Assembly (NCBI GenBank): GCA_028686135.1
Contig: JAQUCP010000013.1
Location: forward strand, 9,565-73,564
Source: Bacteroidales bacterium
GTDB taxonomy: Bacteria > Bacteroidota > Bacteroidia > Bacteroidales > UBA12481
Reading direction: 5' to 3'
Length of the DNA stretch: 64,000 nucleotides
In this document: positions 53,997 through 63,305 of the stretch, piece by piece
Numbering within the stretch: position 1 is the stretch's first letter
Layout of the letters: each line of letters opens with the position of its first letter
Notes under the pieces: generated by a model
What the model was told of the DNA's origin: nothing
What the model saw: only the letters and a program-made list of their open reading frames with translations
Database searches by the model: none
Position numbers and translations under genes: made by a program

Positions 53997-54900
53997 GGTA
54001 TTCGGAATTGGTGAAACAGTCCTGGATGTCATCATCCGCAATTCGGGGTCTGTTTCAGCTACACCGGGCGGGTCAATGCTCAATGGGATAGTCTCGCTGG
54101 GTCGATCTGGTGTGCCAGCTTTCTTCATCAGTGAGTACGGCCTCGATCAGGCGGGTGATCTGATCGACCGATATCTTCGGGAGAGTGGCGTCGATACCTC
54201 ATGGGTCTATCGTTACCCAACTGGAAAAACAGCCCTGGCACTGGCATTCCTCGATGAGAATATGGATGCCCACTACACTTTTTACCGCGATTTTCCCGAA
54301 AAACGCCTCGATATCCGCCTTCCGGTAGTAGGTCAGGACGACATCTTTCTCTATGGCTCTTATTATGCTATCTCTCAAGATATTAGGCCTATCACAAAAA
54401 CCTTTATCCAGGAGGCCAACCGCAATGGAGCTTTGCTGATCTATGATCCTAACTTCCGCCGTGCTCACCTCCACGAACTCGAACGATTGAAACCATCGAT
54501 TATCGAAAACATCCAAATGGCCAGTCTAATCAAAGGCTCCAATGAAGATTTCCACAACATTTTCGGCACCAACGGCCCAAACGAAGCCTGGGAGGCCATC
54601 CGGAACCTTTGCCCCAATCTGGTTTTTACAGCCAACACGCAAGGGGTTTATTTGAGAACTTCCTCATTATCAAAACACTATAAAGTCCCGACGATCACCC
54701 CCGTCAGCACCATCGGTGCCGGGGATAACTTTACCGCCGGGATGATTGTGGCCATTCACCAAAACCATCCGGGTGGACTGGCCCAGGGAGTCGCCAGTAT
54801 CAATTCTGATGAGTGGGACCACATCATTTCAATGGGGATCCACTATGCCACAGAGGTTTGTCTATCTACCGAAAACTCAGTTTCCCAAGGGTTTTATTGA
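53977..54900 (+). CDS. PfkB-family carbohydrate kinase (fructokinase-like)
   Basis: It has FGIGETVLDVI, ...PGGSMLN... and the C-terminal ATP/anion-hole motif TIGAGDNFTAG. It overlaps the preceding small ORF by 20 nt. Confidence 0.82.
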   Translation: MPEQRSKVFGIGETVLDVIIRNSGSVSATPGGSMLNGIVSLGRSGVPAFFISEYGLDQAGDLIDRYLRESGVDTSWVYRYPTGKTALALAFLDENMDAHYTFYRDFPEKRLDIRLPVVGQDDIFLYGSYYAISQDIRPITKTFIQEANRNGALLIYDPNFRRAHLHELERLKPSIIENIQMASLIKGSNEDFHNIFGTNGPNEAWEAIRNLCPNLVFTANTQGVYLRTSSLSKHYKVPTITPVSTIGAGDNFTAGMIVAIHQNHPGGLAQGVASINSDEWDHIISMGIHYATEVCLSTENSVSQGFY

Positions 54901-57900
54901 ATCTCCTTCACCGCTCGCTCGATCTGAGGATCATTCCCTGTAACCCGGTCGAGGAAAGTCTGCTTAACATAAACATCCGGCTTCACCCCGGTTTTTTCCA
55001 GGTTCTGGCCATCGAGGGTATAGCAACCCCAAGCAGGAATCCGGTAAAAAGATCCGTCAACCAATCCCTTGCCCGAGGTGAAAATGATCCAGCGGTATGT
55101 CTCCGTGCCAATAACTGTTCCCAAACCCAGCTGCTTAAATCCGGCGGCAGTCATCTCAGCATCACTGAGCGATTGCTCATTGATCAACACCACAATCGGA
55201 TGATCGGCTGGGGCGAAGTTCGACTGACCAGCCAGCTTTCCTCCACGGAATTTCCATTGCATATAGGTCTTCTGCTGCAGAAAACGCAGGACATCATCAT
55301 GCACATTGCCACCCGTATTGTAACGCAAATCAAGAATCAACCCCTCTTTCCCCTGTAATTCACGGGTCATCGTGATAATGAAATTATTTAACTCCCCACC
55401 ACCCATATTCTTCATGTGAACATAGGCTATTTTGTTGTTGCTGAGCTTATTGACAAGGCTTCGATTGCCATCTATCCATTCATCATACAGGTACTGACTC
55501 AAGTTACCAGCCGAAACAGGTCTGATTTTGACATCAAACTCCTGGCCCTTCCGGCTGAAGGTGAGGAGCAGTTCCTGAACCATTGCCGGGCGATAGAAAT
55601 AGTAGTCGCGGGGCAGCTGTTTGTTGACCCTGACCTGATCAACTGCCACCAGCTCATCACCTTTGCGTATGTCAATACCGGTATGCTCCGAAGGACCTCG
55701 TGCCACGATACGTTCTACTTCATAGGGATTGGCGGTACTCCAGATAAGACCAGTTTCCAAAGTGGTGTAGCTGAGCTGTAACCGCTCTTCTTCGCCATTG
55801 CTGGTGAAGCCCATGTGGGATGAGTTCATCTCACCCAGCATATCGGTCATCAGCATCCTAAAATCATTACGATTGTTCACGTAGGGAAGATGGGCCTCAT
55901 ACTGCTTCCGATACCCTTTCCAGTCAACCCCGTGAAGATCATCATCATAAAAATTCTCCTCCAGGTTTGCCCAGGTCTCGTCAAACATCTGCTTGAATTC
56001 GCTCTGCAAATCGCGCGTGAAGCTGAAATTCATATCGATCTTCTCCGCCTTGCTAGCATCCCCATTCAACTTGTAGATGGTTCCGGATGCAAGGGCATAC
56101 AGCTTGTCACCCGAGCGAATCAACCCACCACCTGAGGGCAATCCCTCGATTTTCGTCGTTTTCGGTTGTTCCCACGGATCAAGCACGGTTTTCCATAATG
56201 CCCGTGCTCCTTTATCGTGATTGGAGGAGAAAAACAGGGTGATCTTATCGCCTTTACTCGTCATTAACAATCCTCCCTGCGATCCAAATGAAGGACCAAT
56301 CTGTTCTATACGTTCCCAGATCCGGTCGGTGTTGATGGTGATCTCAGCCACTGAATCCTTTTTGGCATTCGTAGAATCCTTGATAAACAGCTTGTTGAAC
56401 TCATCCATCCGGTAGGGCTTATCGAACCGATCAAGGGCCATCCGGTAAATATGAGCCTCTCCGCCTCCAGAAGGGTAATTAGGCTTTAATCTACTGGTGG
56501 TAAAGTAGATATACTTACCATCGGGGCTCCACACCGGTCCGTTCTCGGAGATGCCGGTTTCAGTCAGATTGGTCACCGCACCGGTGTTCAGATTGCACAC
56601 AAAGACATCCTCTTCAAAATCCCGCTTTGCAGTGAATAAGAGGTAGTTGCCATCAGGAGAAAATTCGGGCTGACCGTTTTGAAACCCCCAAAATTCATCA
56701 GTGACTAGGCGTTTGCTCTCAAAGGTTTTAAGGTCAAGCAGCCTGAGCTCATCGCGACCGCTGATATACGCCGCGCGGGTTCTCTTCTCATTCAACGCCA
56801 GGTCGCGGTTATTCCGATGGTCCTTGGTATGTTGTTTCATTCCCCCGCTTCCGTCAGCAGCTATCGTAAACCAGTTGAGATACCCCTCCCAGGTTTGATT
56901 AAAAAGCAGGGTCTTGTTGTCCTCTAGCCATTTGACCGACATGACTCGTTCGAATCCGGGCTGGTCGCGCTCGATCTGTCGGATGAATTTGCCCCCGATA
57001 TCACTCACAAACAGTTCGCCCCGCGAGATAAAAGCAATCTTTTTCTGATCGGGCGATACATCAAAGTTGGAGATTTTTCCCGCGATAGTGAAGTTTTTTT
57101 CCACGGGAAGGATCGGATTACGGATGATATGGATTGCAGGCTTGACAGGCTTTTCCGTTTGTGTATCAAGAATATAGATCTGATAGTCTCGTTCATAAAC
57201 CACTTTTGAACCATCGGCACTGACGCATGGCCGAATCACGGAGGTTTTAAAGGAGGTCACCGTTTGCACCTGCCCATCTGTGAGTTTGCACAAGTTGTAC
57301 TCCCCGTTGAGGCGGTCAGACACAAACCAGACTGTTCCATTGCGATCGATGGTAGCCCACATGTCCTTTCCCGGGTGGTTGGTATGTTGATGATATTCAT
57401 TGGTTTTGGGGTTCCACGACTGGATATCGGGGTTAAACTCTCCGCGGTATCTTTTACGGTGGGCCATGCTGGAGCTTTCCCAGGTGTCGTTAAAGAACAG
57501 CTCCCCGGTTTTGGGATGTTCTACCACGTTGTGGATCTTGTTAAAATAGTGACTAACAATCTCTTCCGGATCACCCCCTGTAGCCTGGACTCGCCAGGTG
57601 CTTCCATTGGTGCGATTGGTGTTGAAATAGATCCATTGGGAATCCCAGCTCCACCCTTCCACCTGGTCGTTAGCAGCATGGAAGGTTATTTGTCTGACCT
57701 CCCCGCCCTCCATGGGAAGCACGAACACGTCAGCATTACCGAACTGCCTGGCAGAAAAGGCGATCCACCGTCCGTCGGGGGAGATCCGGGCATGCGTTTC
57801 ATAGCCCGGCATGGCAGTCAGACGCGTAGTTTGGCTGGTGGCCAAATCCGTTTTCCAGAGGTCGCCTTCGTAACTAAACACTATTGTTTGGCCATCCGGT

Positions 57901-58001
57901 GAAAGAGCAGGAAAGGAGAGAAAACGAGGCTCTTCGGCCTTGGCGCTGAACGAAATCAGCAGACAGAAGAGTAATAAGCTAAAAAATGGAGTGGTACGCA
58001 T
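54894..58001 (-). CDS. Tricorn-like S41 peptidase (TolB-like beta-propellers, PDZ and S41 catalytic domain), secreted
   Basis: The 1035-aa protein starts FPALSPDGQTIVFSYEGDLW after the signal peptide. It has repeated SPDG propeller motifs, a PDZ-like GDELVAVD segment, and the C-terminal S41 motifs LILDLRYNTGGN and LINEQSLSDAE. Confidence 0.85.
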   Translation of the reverse strand: MRTTPFFSLLLFCLLISFSAKAEEPRFLSFPALSPDGQTIVFSYEGDLWKTDLATSQTTRLTAMPGYETHARISPDGRWIAFSARQFGNADVFVLPMEGGEVRQITFHAANDQVEGWSWDSQWIYFNTNRTNGSTWRVQATGGDPEEIVSHYFNKIHNVVEHPKTGELFFNDTWESSSMAHRKRYRGEFNPDIQSWNPKTNEYHQHTNHPGKDMWATIDRNGTVWFVSDRLNGEYNLCKLTDGQVQTVTSFKTSVIRPCVSADGSKVVYERDYQIYILDTQTEKPVKPAIHIIRNPILPVEKNFTIAGKISNFDVSPDQKKIAFISRGELFVSDIGGKFIRQIERDQPGFERVMSVKWLEDNKTLLFNQTWEGYLNWFTIAADGSGGMKQHTKDHRNNRDLALNEKRTRAAYISGRDELRLLDLKTFESKRLVTDEFWGFQNGQPEFSPDGNYLLFTAKRDFEEDVFVCNLNTGAVTNLTETGISENGPVWSPDGKYIYFTTSRLKPNYPSGGGEAHIYRMALDRFDKPYRMDEFNKLFIKDSTNAKKDSVAEITINTDRIWERIEQIGPSFGSQGGLLMTSKGDKITLFFSSNHDKGARALWKTVLDPWEQPKTTKIEGLPSGGGLIRSGDKLYALASGTIYKLNGDASKAEKIDMNFSFTRDLQSEFKQMFDETWANLEENFYDDDLHGVDWKGYRKQYEAHLPYVNNRNDFRMLMTDMLGEMNSSHMGFTSNGEEERLQLSYTTLETGLIWSTANPYEVERIVARGPSEHTGIDIRKGDELVAVDQVRVNKQLPRDYYFYRPAMVQELLLTFSRKGQEFDVKIRPVSAGNLSQYLYDEWIDGNRSLVNKLSNNKIAYVHMKNMGGGELNNFIITMTRELQGKEGLILDLRYNTGGNVHDDVLRFLQQKTYMQWKFRGGKLAGQSNFAPADHPIVVLINEQSLSDAEMTAAGFKQLGLGTVIGTETYRWIIFTSGKGLVDGSFYRIPAWGCYTLDGQNLEKTGVKPDVYVKQTFLDRVTGNDPQIERAVKEIQ

Positions 58002-58123
58002 TGGTTTGATTATGATATTTTATTTACCGACATCTACTTGGCCGAATTTAGCAAGTTATCAGGATATAAAATCTTTTGTGCAACTTTTCCCATAGGTCGG
58101 GTTAGGAAGCGAAGAAGCCTTCC

Positions 58124-58131
58124 TATCTTTG
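58124..58131 (+). promoter_or_regulatory. TAnnTTTG -7 promoter box (TATCTTTG) for the DUF3795 gene
   Basis: This is an exact motif, 26 nt upstream of the ATG at 58158. Confidence 0.45.
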
Positions 58132-58157
58132 TCTCAACAAATCAAAGAACCATTTCA

Positions 58158-58445
58158 ATGAACACCTTATCTGTCTGTGGCTTAATCTGTGCCGAGTGCG
58201 AATTCTATCAAAAAACCTGTGACGGCTGCTATGCGGTTCAGGGCAAGACTTTCTGGGCTCTCGAGATGATGCCGGCAAAAGTATGTCCACTCTATCAATG
58301 TGCGATCAATGAACGGGGTTACGAAAGTTGTGGCGACTGTGCTGAGCTTCCTTGTGCCAACTTCCGGGAAATGAAGGATCCATCGCTAACGGATGAGCAA
58401 CACGAACAATCGCTGAAGGAACGAATTGACCGGCTGCGCAGTTAA
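58158..58445 (+). CDS. DUF3795-like cysteine-rich small protein
   Basis: The 95-aa protein starts MNTLSVCGLICAECEFYQKTCDGCYAVQGK and continues ...CPLYQCAINERGYESCGDCAELPC. The ATG at 58158 is preferred over the track start at 58038, because the -7 box lies inside the longer ORF. Confidence 0.65.
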   Translation: MNTLSVCGLICAECEFYQKTCDGCYAVQGKTFWALEMMPAKVCPLYQCAINERGYESCGDCAELPCANFREMKDPSLTDEQHEQSLKERIDRLRS

Positions 58446-58522
58446 CCAATAACCGGTCAGGGTTTTTGCTTTTTAGCCGAAACTTTCCACCTTTGACTCT
58501 GACCTTGGTTAATTGTTTGGCT

Positions 58523-60733
58523 ATGCGTAATCTCAATTCTTTTGAAGCACTTTCGGGCCGTCGTTTATTTACGTTTGCCCTTCCATTTCTTATTGGGCTG
58601 ATCCTCCTCAACCTCTACCCTACACCATCCGAGGCGCAGATAGTTTCTGGATGGCGTTTTCATGGCCCGGGTGTCACCGGTGGCCGAATTCGCGACATTA
58701 AAGTGGTTCCGGGGAACCCCGATCAGATCTACGTTGCCGCTGCTACGGGCGGTGTGTTCAAATCCACCGATGATACCCGGAGCTGGGCTCCCATTTTCGA
58801 TGGCTCAGGATCGACCTCACTATCGATAGGTGATATGGCGATCGACCCGCATCATCCCGAGGTGATCTGGGTTGGCACCGGCGAAGCCTCCGGGGAGCAG
58901 AGTGCCGCCTCCGTGGGTGACGGGATTTATAAATCCACCGATGGCGGAGCCAGCTGGCAATGCATGGGGCTTCGTCATGTGCGGCACATCGCCAGGATCC
59001 AGGTGAGCCAGGCCGACCCGGATGTGGTCTTCGTGGCTGCCACAGGCGCCCGGTGGGGCGACTGTGAGGAGCGGGGACTTTATCGCACCCGCGATGGCGG
59101 TAAATCCTGGGAAAAAGTACTATATATCAACGAATTAACCGGATTTTCCGATGTTGCCCTGACACCTGACGGCCAGACTGTCTTTGCCTCTGCCTGGCAT
59201 CAGTACCGTAACGCTTGGGCTCATCTCCAGCGGGGGCCCCACAGTGCGCTCTACCGCTCAGTGGATGGCGGCAACACCTGGGAAAAGGTGACCAAAGGAT
59301 TTGCCGAAGAGAATATGGGCCGCATCGCTCTTGCCATCGCACCCAATAACCCCAGGAAAGTATATGCCTGCGTAGAATCTGAAAAAGGAGGGTTCTACCG
59401 ATCGACAAACGGCGGAAAATCGTGGAAGCTAATGAACACTAAAGCATCCACAAGTTATTGGTATGGAAAACTTTATGTCCATCCAAACAATGACGACCAG
59501 GTTTTTGTCATGGGGGTAATGGTACTCCAAACCACAGATGGTGGAAAGACCTTTAACCTGATGCCAACGCGCAACGTTCATGTGGATCATCACGCCCTGT
59601 GGATCGATCCGCGCAATCCCGGGCGTCGACTGCTGGGGAACGACGGAGGACTATACCAGACGGCCGATGGCGGCACCAGCTGGACTTTTATCAGCAACCT
59701 CAAAATTGGACAATATTATGCCATCAGCATAGATAACCGAAAGCCCTACTGGATTTATGGCGGACTGCAGGACAATGGAGTCTGGGGTGGCCCATCGCAA
59801 CTGGCAGGAGGAGGAGAACCAGCTGATAGTGATATCATTAGTGTGTGTGGTGGTGATGGTTTCTGGTCGGCTACTGACCCCATCGATTCCTGCATTGCCT
59901 ACGGCGAATCGCAATATGGATGGATAGTGTGGTATGATCACCGTACCAGCCGGCGGCACCGAATTCAGCCCAGAAACCCAGATCCGGAAAACCCCTACCG
60001 GTTCAATTGGAATGCCCCATTCATCATCTCAACCCACCCACCCTATCCACTTTATCTGGGTGGAAATAAACTGCTCCGATCAGACGATCGACGTGGCAAC
60101 TGGCAGGAGGTGAGCCCCGATCTATCAAGAAATAGAGATCTGAATAACAGAACGATACAAGGTCTCAAACCGGTGATCAAACCTTACGCTTCGATCACGG
60201 CTTTGGCCGAATCACCGATTAAGCCGGGGATTATCTATACCGGCACGGATGATGGAAATCTGTTTATGACTCCGGATGGTGGAACCACCTGGGTTGACCT
60301 GTCGGGTGGGCTGCCCGTACCAAAAAATCGCTTCTGGACCAGGCTGGTCTGCTCAAGACATGATGAGGGAACGGTCTATGCTGCCTGTGCAAGGTATTAC
60401 GAAGCCAACGATTTTACTCCATATCTGTTTCGGAGCACTGATTTCGGGAAGAGCTGGGAAGTGATCACCCACGGAATGCCGGCAGAGGCTGTCGTCAGGG
60501 GCTTTGCCGAGCATCCACTTCACCCGAATTTGCTCTTCTGCGGCATTCACAATGGACTGTTGATCAGCGATGATACAGGGAAATCCTGGCATCGCGCACC
60601 AGATTTGATTCCTGTTGCCATTGATGATATCCGGATTGCCATGCCGGATCACGAACTAGTGCTGGGATCGTATGGCCGGGGCCTCATCATTGGAAAACTG
60701 AACCCTTCGTTACTTGAACAATCTGGTGAATAA
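58523..60733 (+). CDS. BNR/Asp-box repeat, sortilin/Vps10-like (GH74-like) double beta-propeller protein, secreted
   Basis: It has a signal peptide ending PSEAQ and many Asp-box repeats: KSTDDTRSW, KSTDGGASW, RTRDGGKSW, RSVDGGNTW, RSTNGGKSW, QTTDGGKTF, QTADGGTSW, MTPDGGTTW, RSTDFGKSW and SDDTGKSW. Confidence 0.8.
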   Translation: MRNLNSFEALSGRRLFTFALPFLIGLILLNLYPTPSEAQIVSGWRFHGPGVTGGRIRDIKVVPGNPDQIYVAAATGGVFKSTDDTRSWAPIFDGSGSTSLSIGDMAIDPHHPEVIWVGTGEASGEQSAASVGDGIYKSTDGGASWQCMGLRHVRHIARIQVSQADPDVVFVAATGARWGDCEERGLYRTRDGGKSWEKVLYINELTGFSDVALTPDGQTVFASAWHQYRNAWAHLQRGPHSALYRSVDGGNTWEKVTKGFAEENMGRIALAIAPNNPRKVYACVESEKGGFYRSTNGGKSWKLMNTKASTSYWYGKLYVHPNNDDQVFVMGVMVLQTTDGGKTFNLMPTRNVHVDHHALWIDPRNPGRRLLGNDGGLYQTADGGTSWTFISNLKIGQYYAISIDNRKPYWIYGGLQDNGVWGGPSQLAGGGEPADSDIISVCGGDGFWSATDPIDSCIAYGESQYGWIVWYDHRTSRRHRIQPRNPDPENPYRFNWNAPFIISTHPPYPLYLGGNKLLRSDDRRGNWQEVSPDLSRNRDLNNRTIQGLKPVIKPYASITALAESPIKPGIIYTGTDDGNLFMTPDGGTTWVDLSGGLPVPKNRFWTRLVCSRHDEGTVYAACARYYEANDFTPYLFRSTDFGKSWEVITHGMPAEAVVRGFAEHPLHPNLLFCGIHNGLLISDDTGKSWHRAPDLIPVAIDDIRIAMPDHELVLGSYGRGLIIGKLNPSLLEQSGE

Positions 60734-60763
60734 ATTGTCAAACACTATCGATCAATCATCACT

Positions 60764-61606
60764 ATGAAATTCATCGGAGCTCATGTCACTACAGAAGGTG
60801 GTGTTGAAAATGCACCACTCAATGCCCATAAGATTGGCGCCAATGCTTTTGCGCTATTTCTTAAAAATCAACGGCAGTGGGTTGTCAGGCCATACACGGC
60901 AAAAACCATCGATGCTTTCAGGAAAAACCTGGACGATCTCGGTTTTAAGCCAGAGCAGGTGCTGCCTCATGATGGATATCTGATCAACCTGGGGAGCCCG
61001 GATCCCGAGATGCTGGAGAAATCCAGGGCGGCCTTCCTGGACGAGATGCAGCGGGCTGAGCAGTTGGGGCTCGACCGGCTGAACTTTCATCCCGGCAGTC
61101 ACTTGAAAAAGATCTCGGAAGAAGAGTGTTTACAGGTCATTGCCGAATCCATCAACATCACCCTGGACAAAACGAAAGGTGTAACAGCTGTGCTTGAAAT
61201 CACAGCCGGCCAAGGCACCAATGTAGGCTATTCATTTGAGCACCTGAGGTATATCATCGACCGGGTTGAGGATAAGAGCCGGATCGGAGTCTGCATTGAT
61301 ACCGCACACAGCTATTCGGCCGGGTATGATTTAAAGACTCCGGAGGGATTCGACAAGACACTCAAAGCTTTCGACGAGATCATCGGATTCGGTTATCTGC
61401 GAGGAATGCACCTGAACGACTCCAAAAAAGAGTTCGGTTCACGGGTTGATCGTCACGAAAGCCTTGGAAACGGCACACTCGGATGGAACCCTTTCAGGCG
61501 AATGATGCAGGATAGTCGGTTCGACCAGATGCCACTGATTCTAGAAACTCCGAATCAGGATATCTGGGCTGCCGAAATCGCTGCCCTGAGGGAAATGGCT
61601 GGCTAA
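60764..61606 (+). CDS. nfo: Deoxyribonuclease IV (endonuclease IV, AP endonuclease)
   Basis: The protein starts MKFIGAHV and has [32 protein letters not shown] and ILETP, the metal-ligand motifs of the Nfo family. Confidence 0.92.
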   Translation: MKFIGAHVTTEGGVENAPLNAHKIGANAFALFLKNQRQWVVRPYTAKTIDAFRKNLDDLGFKPEQVLPHDGYLINLGSPDPEMLEKSRAAFLDEMQRAEQLGLDRLNFHPGSHLKKISEEECLQVIAESINITLDKTKGVTAVLEITAGQGTNVGYSFEHLRYIIDRVEDKSRIGVCIDTAHSYSAGYDLKTPEGFDKTLKAFDEIIGFGYLRGMHLNDSKKEFGSRVDRHESLGNGTLGWNPFRRMMQDSRFDQMPLILETPNQDIWAAEIAALREMAG

Positions 61607-62037
61607 AGCCTCTTCAAAGTACCATTGCCAGCTTGAATCTTCCGCGCCAGCCGCTGGATTGTCTCAATTTCAGCCATCCTGACCAGATCCGCCCGGATTC
61701 TGGTAAAATCATCGTGTAACGGACAGGGATTATCCGGATCACATTTCCCAAGGCCTAGCAGGCACCCTTCAAAGAAATCCTCTCCCTGAAAGGTATCGAT
61801 CACACGGGATAGCTTAAGCTCCTCGGCATCCCTGGCAAAAAAGAATCCACCACCTTTGCCACGGATCGACATGAGCAGCTTGCGCCGCGCCATTGTCTGG
61901 AGAATTTTTGCCGTGAATTGGACGGGGGCACCGATCGCTTCGGCAACCTCCCTGAAACCGGGCCTATGACTGTTATCATTGCTTATGGCAACATATATCA
62001 GTGCCCGTACAGCATACTCTGTTGTTTTTGACCACAT
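61603..62037 (-). CDS. Rrf2-family transcriptional regulator with a putative Fe-S ligand set
   Basis: It has [12 protein letters not shown] and an HTH region. The motif [18 protein letters not shown] gives C-X6-C-X5-C-X2-H, which resembles the IscR/NsrR cluster ligands. Confidence 0.82.
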   Translation of the reverse strand: MWSKTTEYAVRALIYVAISNDNSHRPGFREVAEAIGAPVQFTAKILQTMARRKLLMSIRGKGGGFFFARDAEELKLSRVIDTFQGEDFFEGCLLGLGKCDPDNPCPLHDDFTRIRADLVRMAEIETIQRLARKIQAGNGTLKRL

Positions 62038-62307
62038 ATTACTTCACCCTAAAAGTTCACGTCAAATATACAATCCTATTTATGAATTCAGGAAAACATT
62101 TGTCATTTATTTAAAGACCAACTATTCATCAATCAGCTACTTCCGTATCAGAACGTTCGCTTTCCATTGACTAACAAGAACCTTACCTACTGAAAGAATA
62201 ATTAGTCAAAATTTTCATGAATAATTATGCAAGACTTTTCGGACTTCAGGTAGCCCTTGTTTGACCGGATCAGTTAAAATACTTTCCTTTGCGGGCAAAT
62301 TATCGTC

Positions 62308-63189
62308 TTGAAACCCGAAATCCGAGGATACGGTTACGCCTTTCTTGCAACAACAGCTGGTTCAACGGTTTACATTTTTAGTAAAGCCGCACTGGACGAA
62401 GTGAGCCTAGCTCAGTTCGGTGTCTATTGGTTCACGATGGCCATCCTCTGGAACAGTCTCTTCACCCTCCGGTCGGCCGAGCACCGGAGGCTCCCTAAAT
62501 TATCTGGAAGCATGATCAAGGTTCTGATTACCATAGGATTAATCGAACTTGTTGCTACCGGAAGTTTTTATATGGCAATCTCTATTTCCGAGAATCCATC
62601 CATTCCTTCTTTCCTGCGTAATCTCGAGTACATATTCGTGACGTTGATGGGAGTAATCCTTTTGGGAGAGCGATTTGTCGGTATTCAGAAAATCGGAGTG
62701 GTATTAACCTTTGCCGGAGCTATGGTGATCAGCTATCAGAAGGGAGGCACACCAGCTTCCTATCTATCGGGCAGTGCCGGACTGATGCTGGTCTCCACTC
62801 TTTTTTATGGTATCCGAACCATCACCGTCAAGAAAAACATCCAGCGAGTCTCTCCCACCATTTTAGCCATCAACCGGGCAATCTTTCTTTTAGGAATGGC
62901 CACGGTTCTTTTGCTCGTGTGGCAACAAAACCTTAAGATTCCGGGCTCCGCCCTACTCAACATCATGGCTGGCTCCTTTCTCGGCCCCTTCCTTACCTCC
63001 CTGGGTCAGTACAGCGCCCTGAAATATATCCCCGCCTCCCGCGCTGCTATCATCCAAAGCAGCACCGCCCTGTTCGTAGTCCTGGGTGTTTTTATCTACT
63101 TCGGTCGCCTGCCAATGCTCTATCAAGTCATCGGTGGACTCCTGACTGTCGCCGGAGTGATCCTGCTGTTTAAGGCAAAGAGAAATTAA
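62308..63189 (+). CDS. EamA/DMT-superfamily transporter (10 TM segments)
   Basis: The 293-aa protein contains two EamA repeats. The only in-frame start candidates after the upstream TAA (62275-62277) are ATT, ATC and TTG (62308), so it probably uses a non-ATG start. Confidence 0.78.
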   Translation: MKPEIRGYGYAFLATTAGSTVYIFSKAALDEVSLAQFGVYWFTMAILWNSLFTLRSAEHRRLPKLSGSMIKVLITIGLIELVATGSFYMAISISENPSIPSFLRNLEYIFVTLMGVILLGERFVGIQKIGVVLTFAGAMVISYQKGGTPASYLSGSAGLMLVSTLFYGIRTITVKKNIQRVSPTILAINRAIFLLGMATVLLLVWQQNLKIPGSALLNIMAGSFLGPFLTSLGQYSALKYIPASRAAIIQSSTALFVVLGVFIYFGRLPMLYQVIGGLLTVAGVILLFKAKRN

Positions 63190-63200
63190 ACCTGACAGGT

Positions 63201-63240
63201 TTTAGACCTGACAGGTTTTTAAAAACCTGTCAGGTTTAAA
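63201..63240 (+). terminator. 40-bp near-perfect palindrome; a hairpin terminator after the EamA gene
   Basis: The sequence is TTTAGACCTGACAGGTTTTT|AAAAACCTGTCAGGTTTAAA, with every position pairing and a single G-T wobble. An additional direct copy of CCTGACAGGTTTT lies at 63191-63203. Confidence 0.65.
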
Positions 63241-63305
63241 ACCTTTTCTCCCTCCATTTGTTTACCTATTGGTCTTGAATTTAACTAATTAAGTGCAAAA
63301 CTTTT

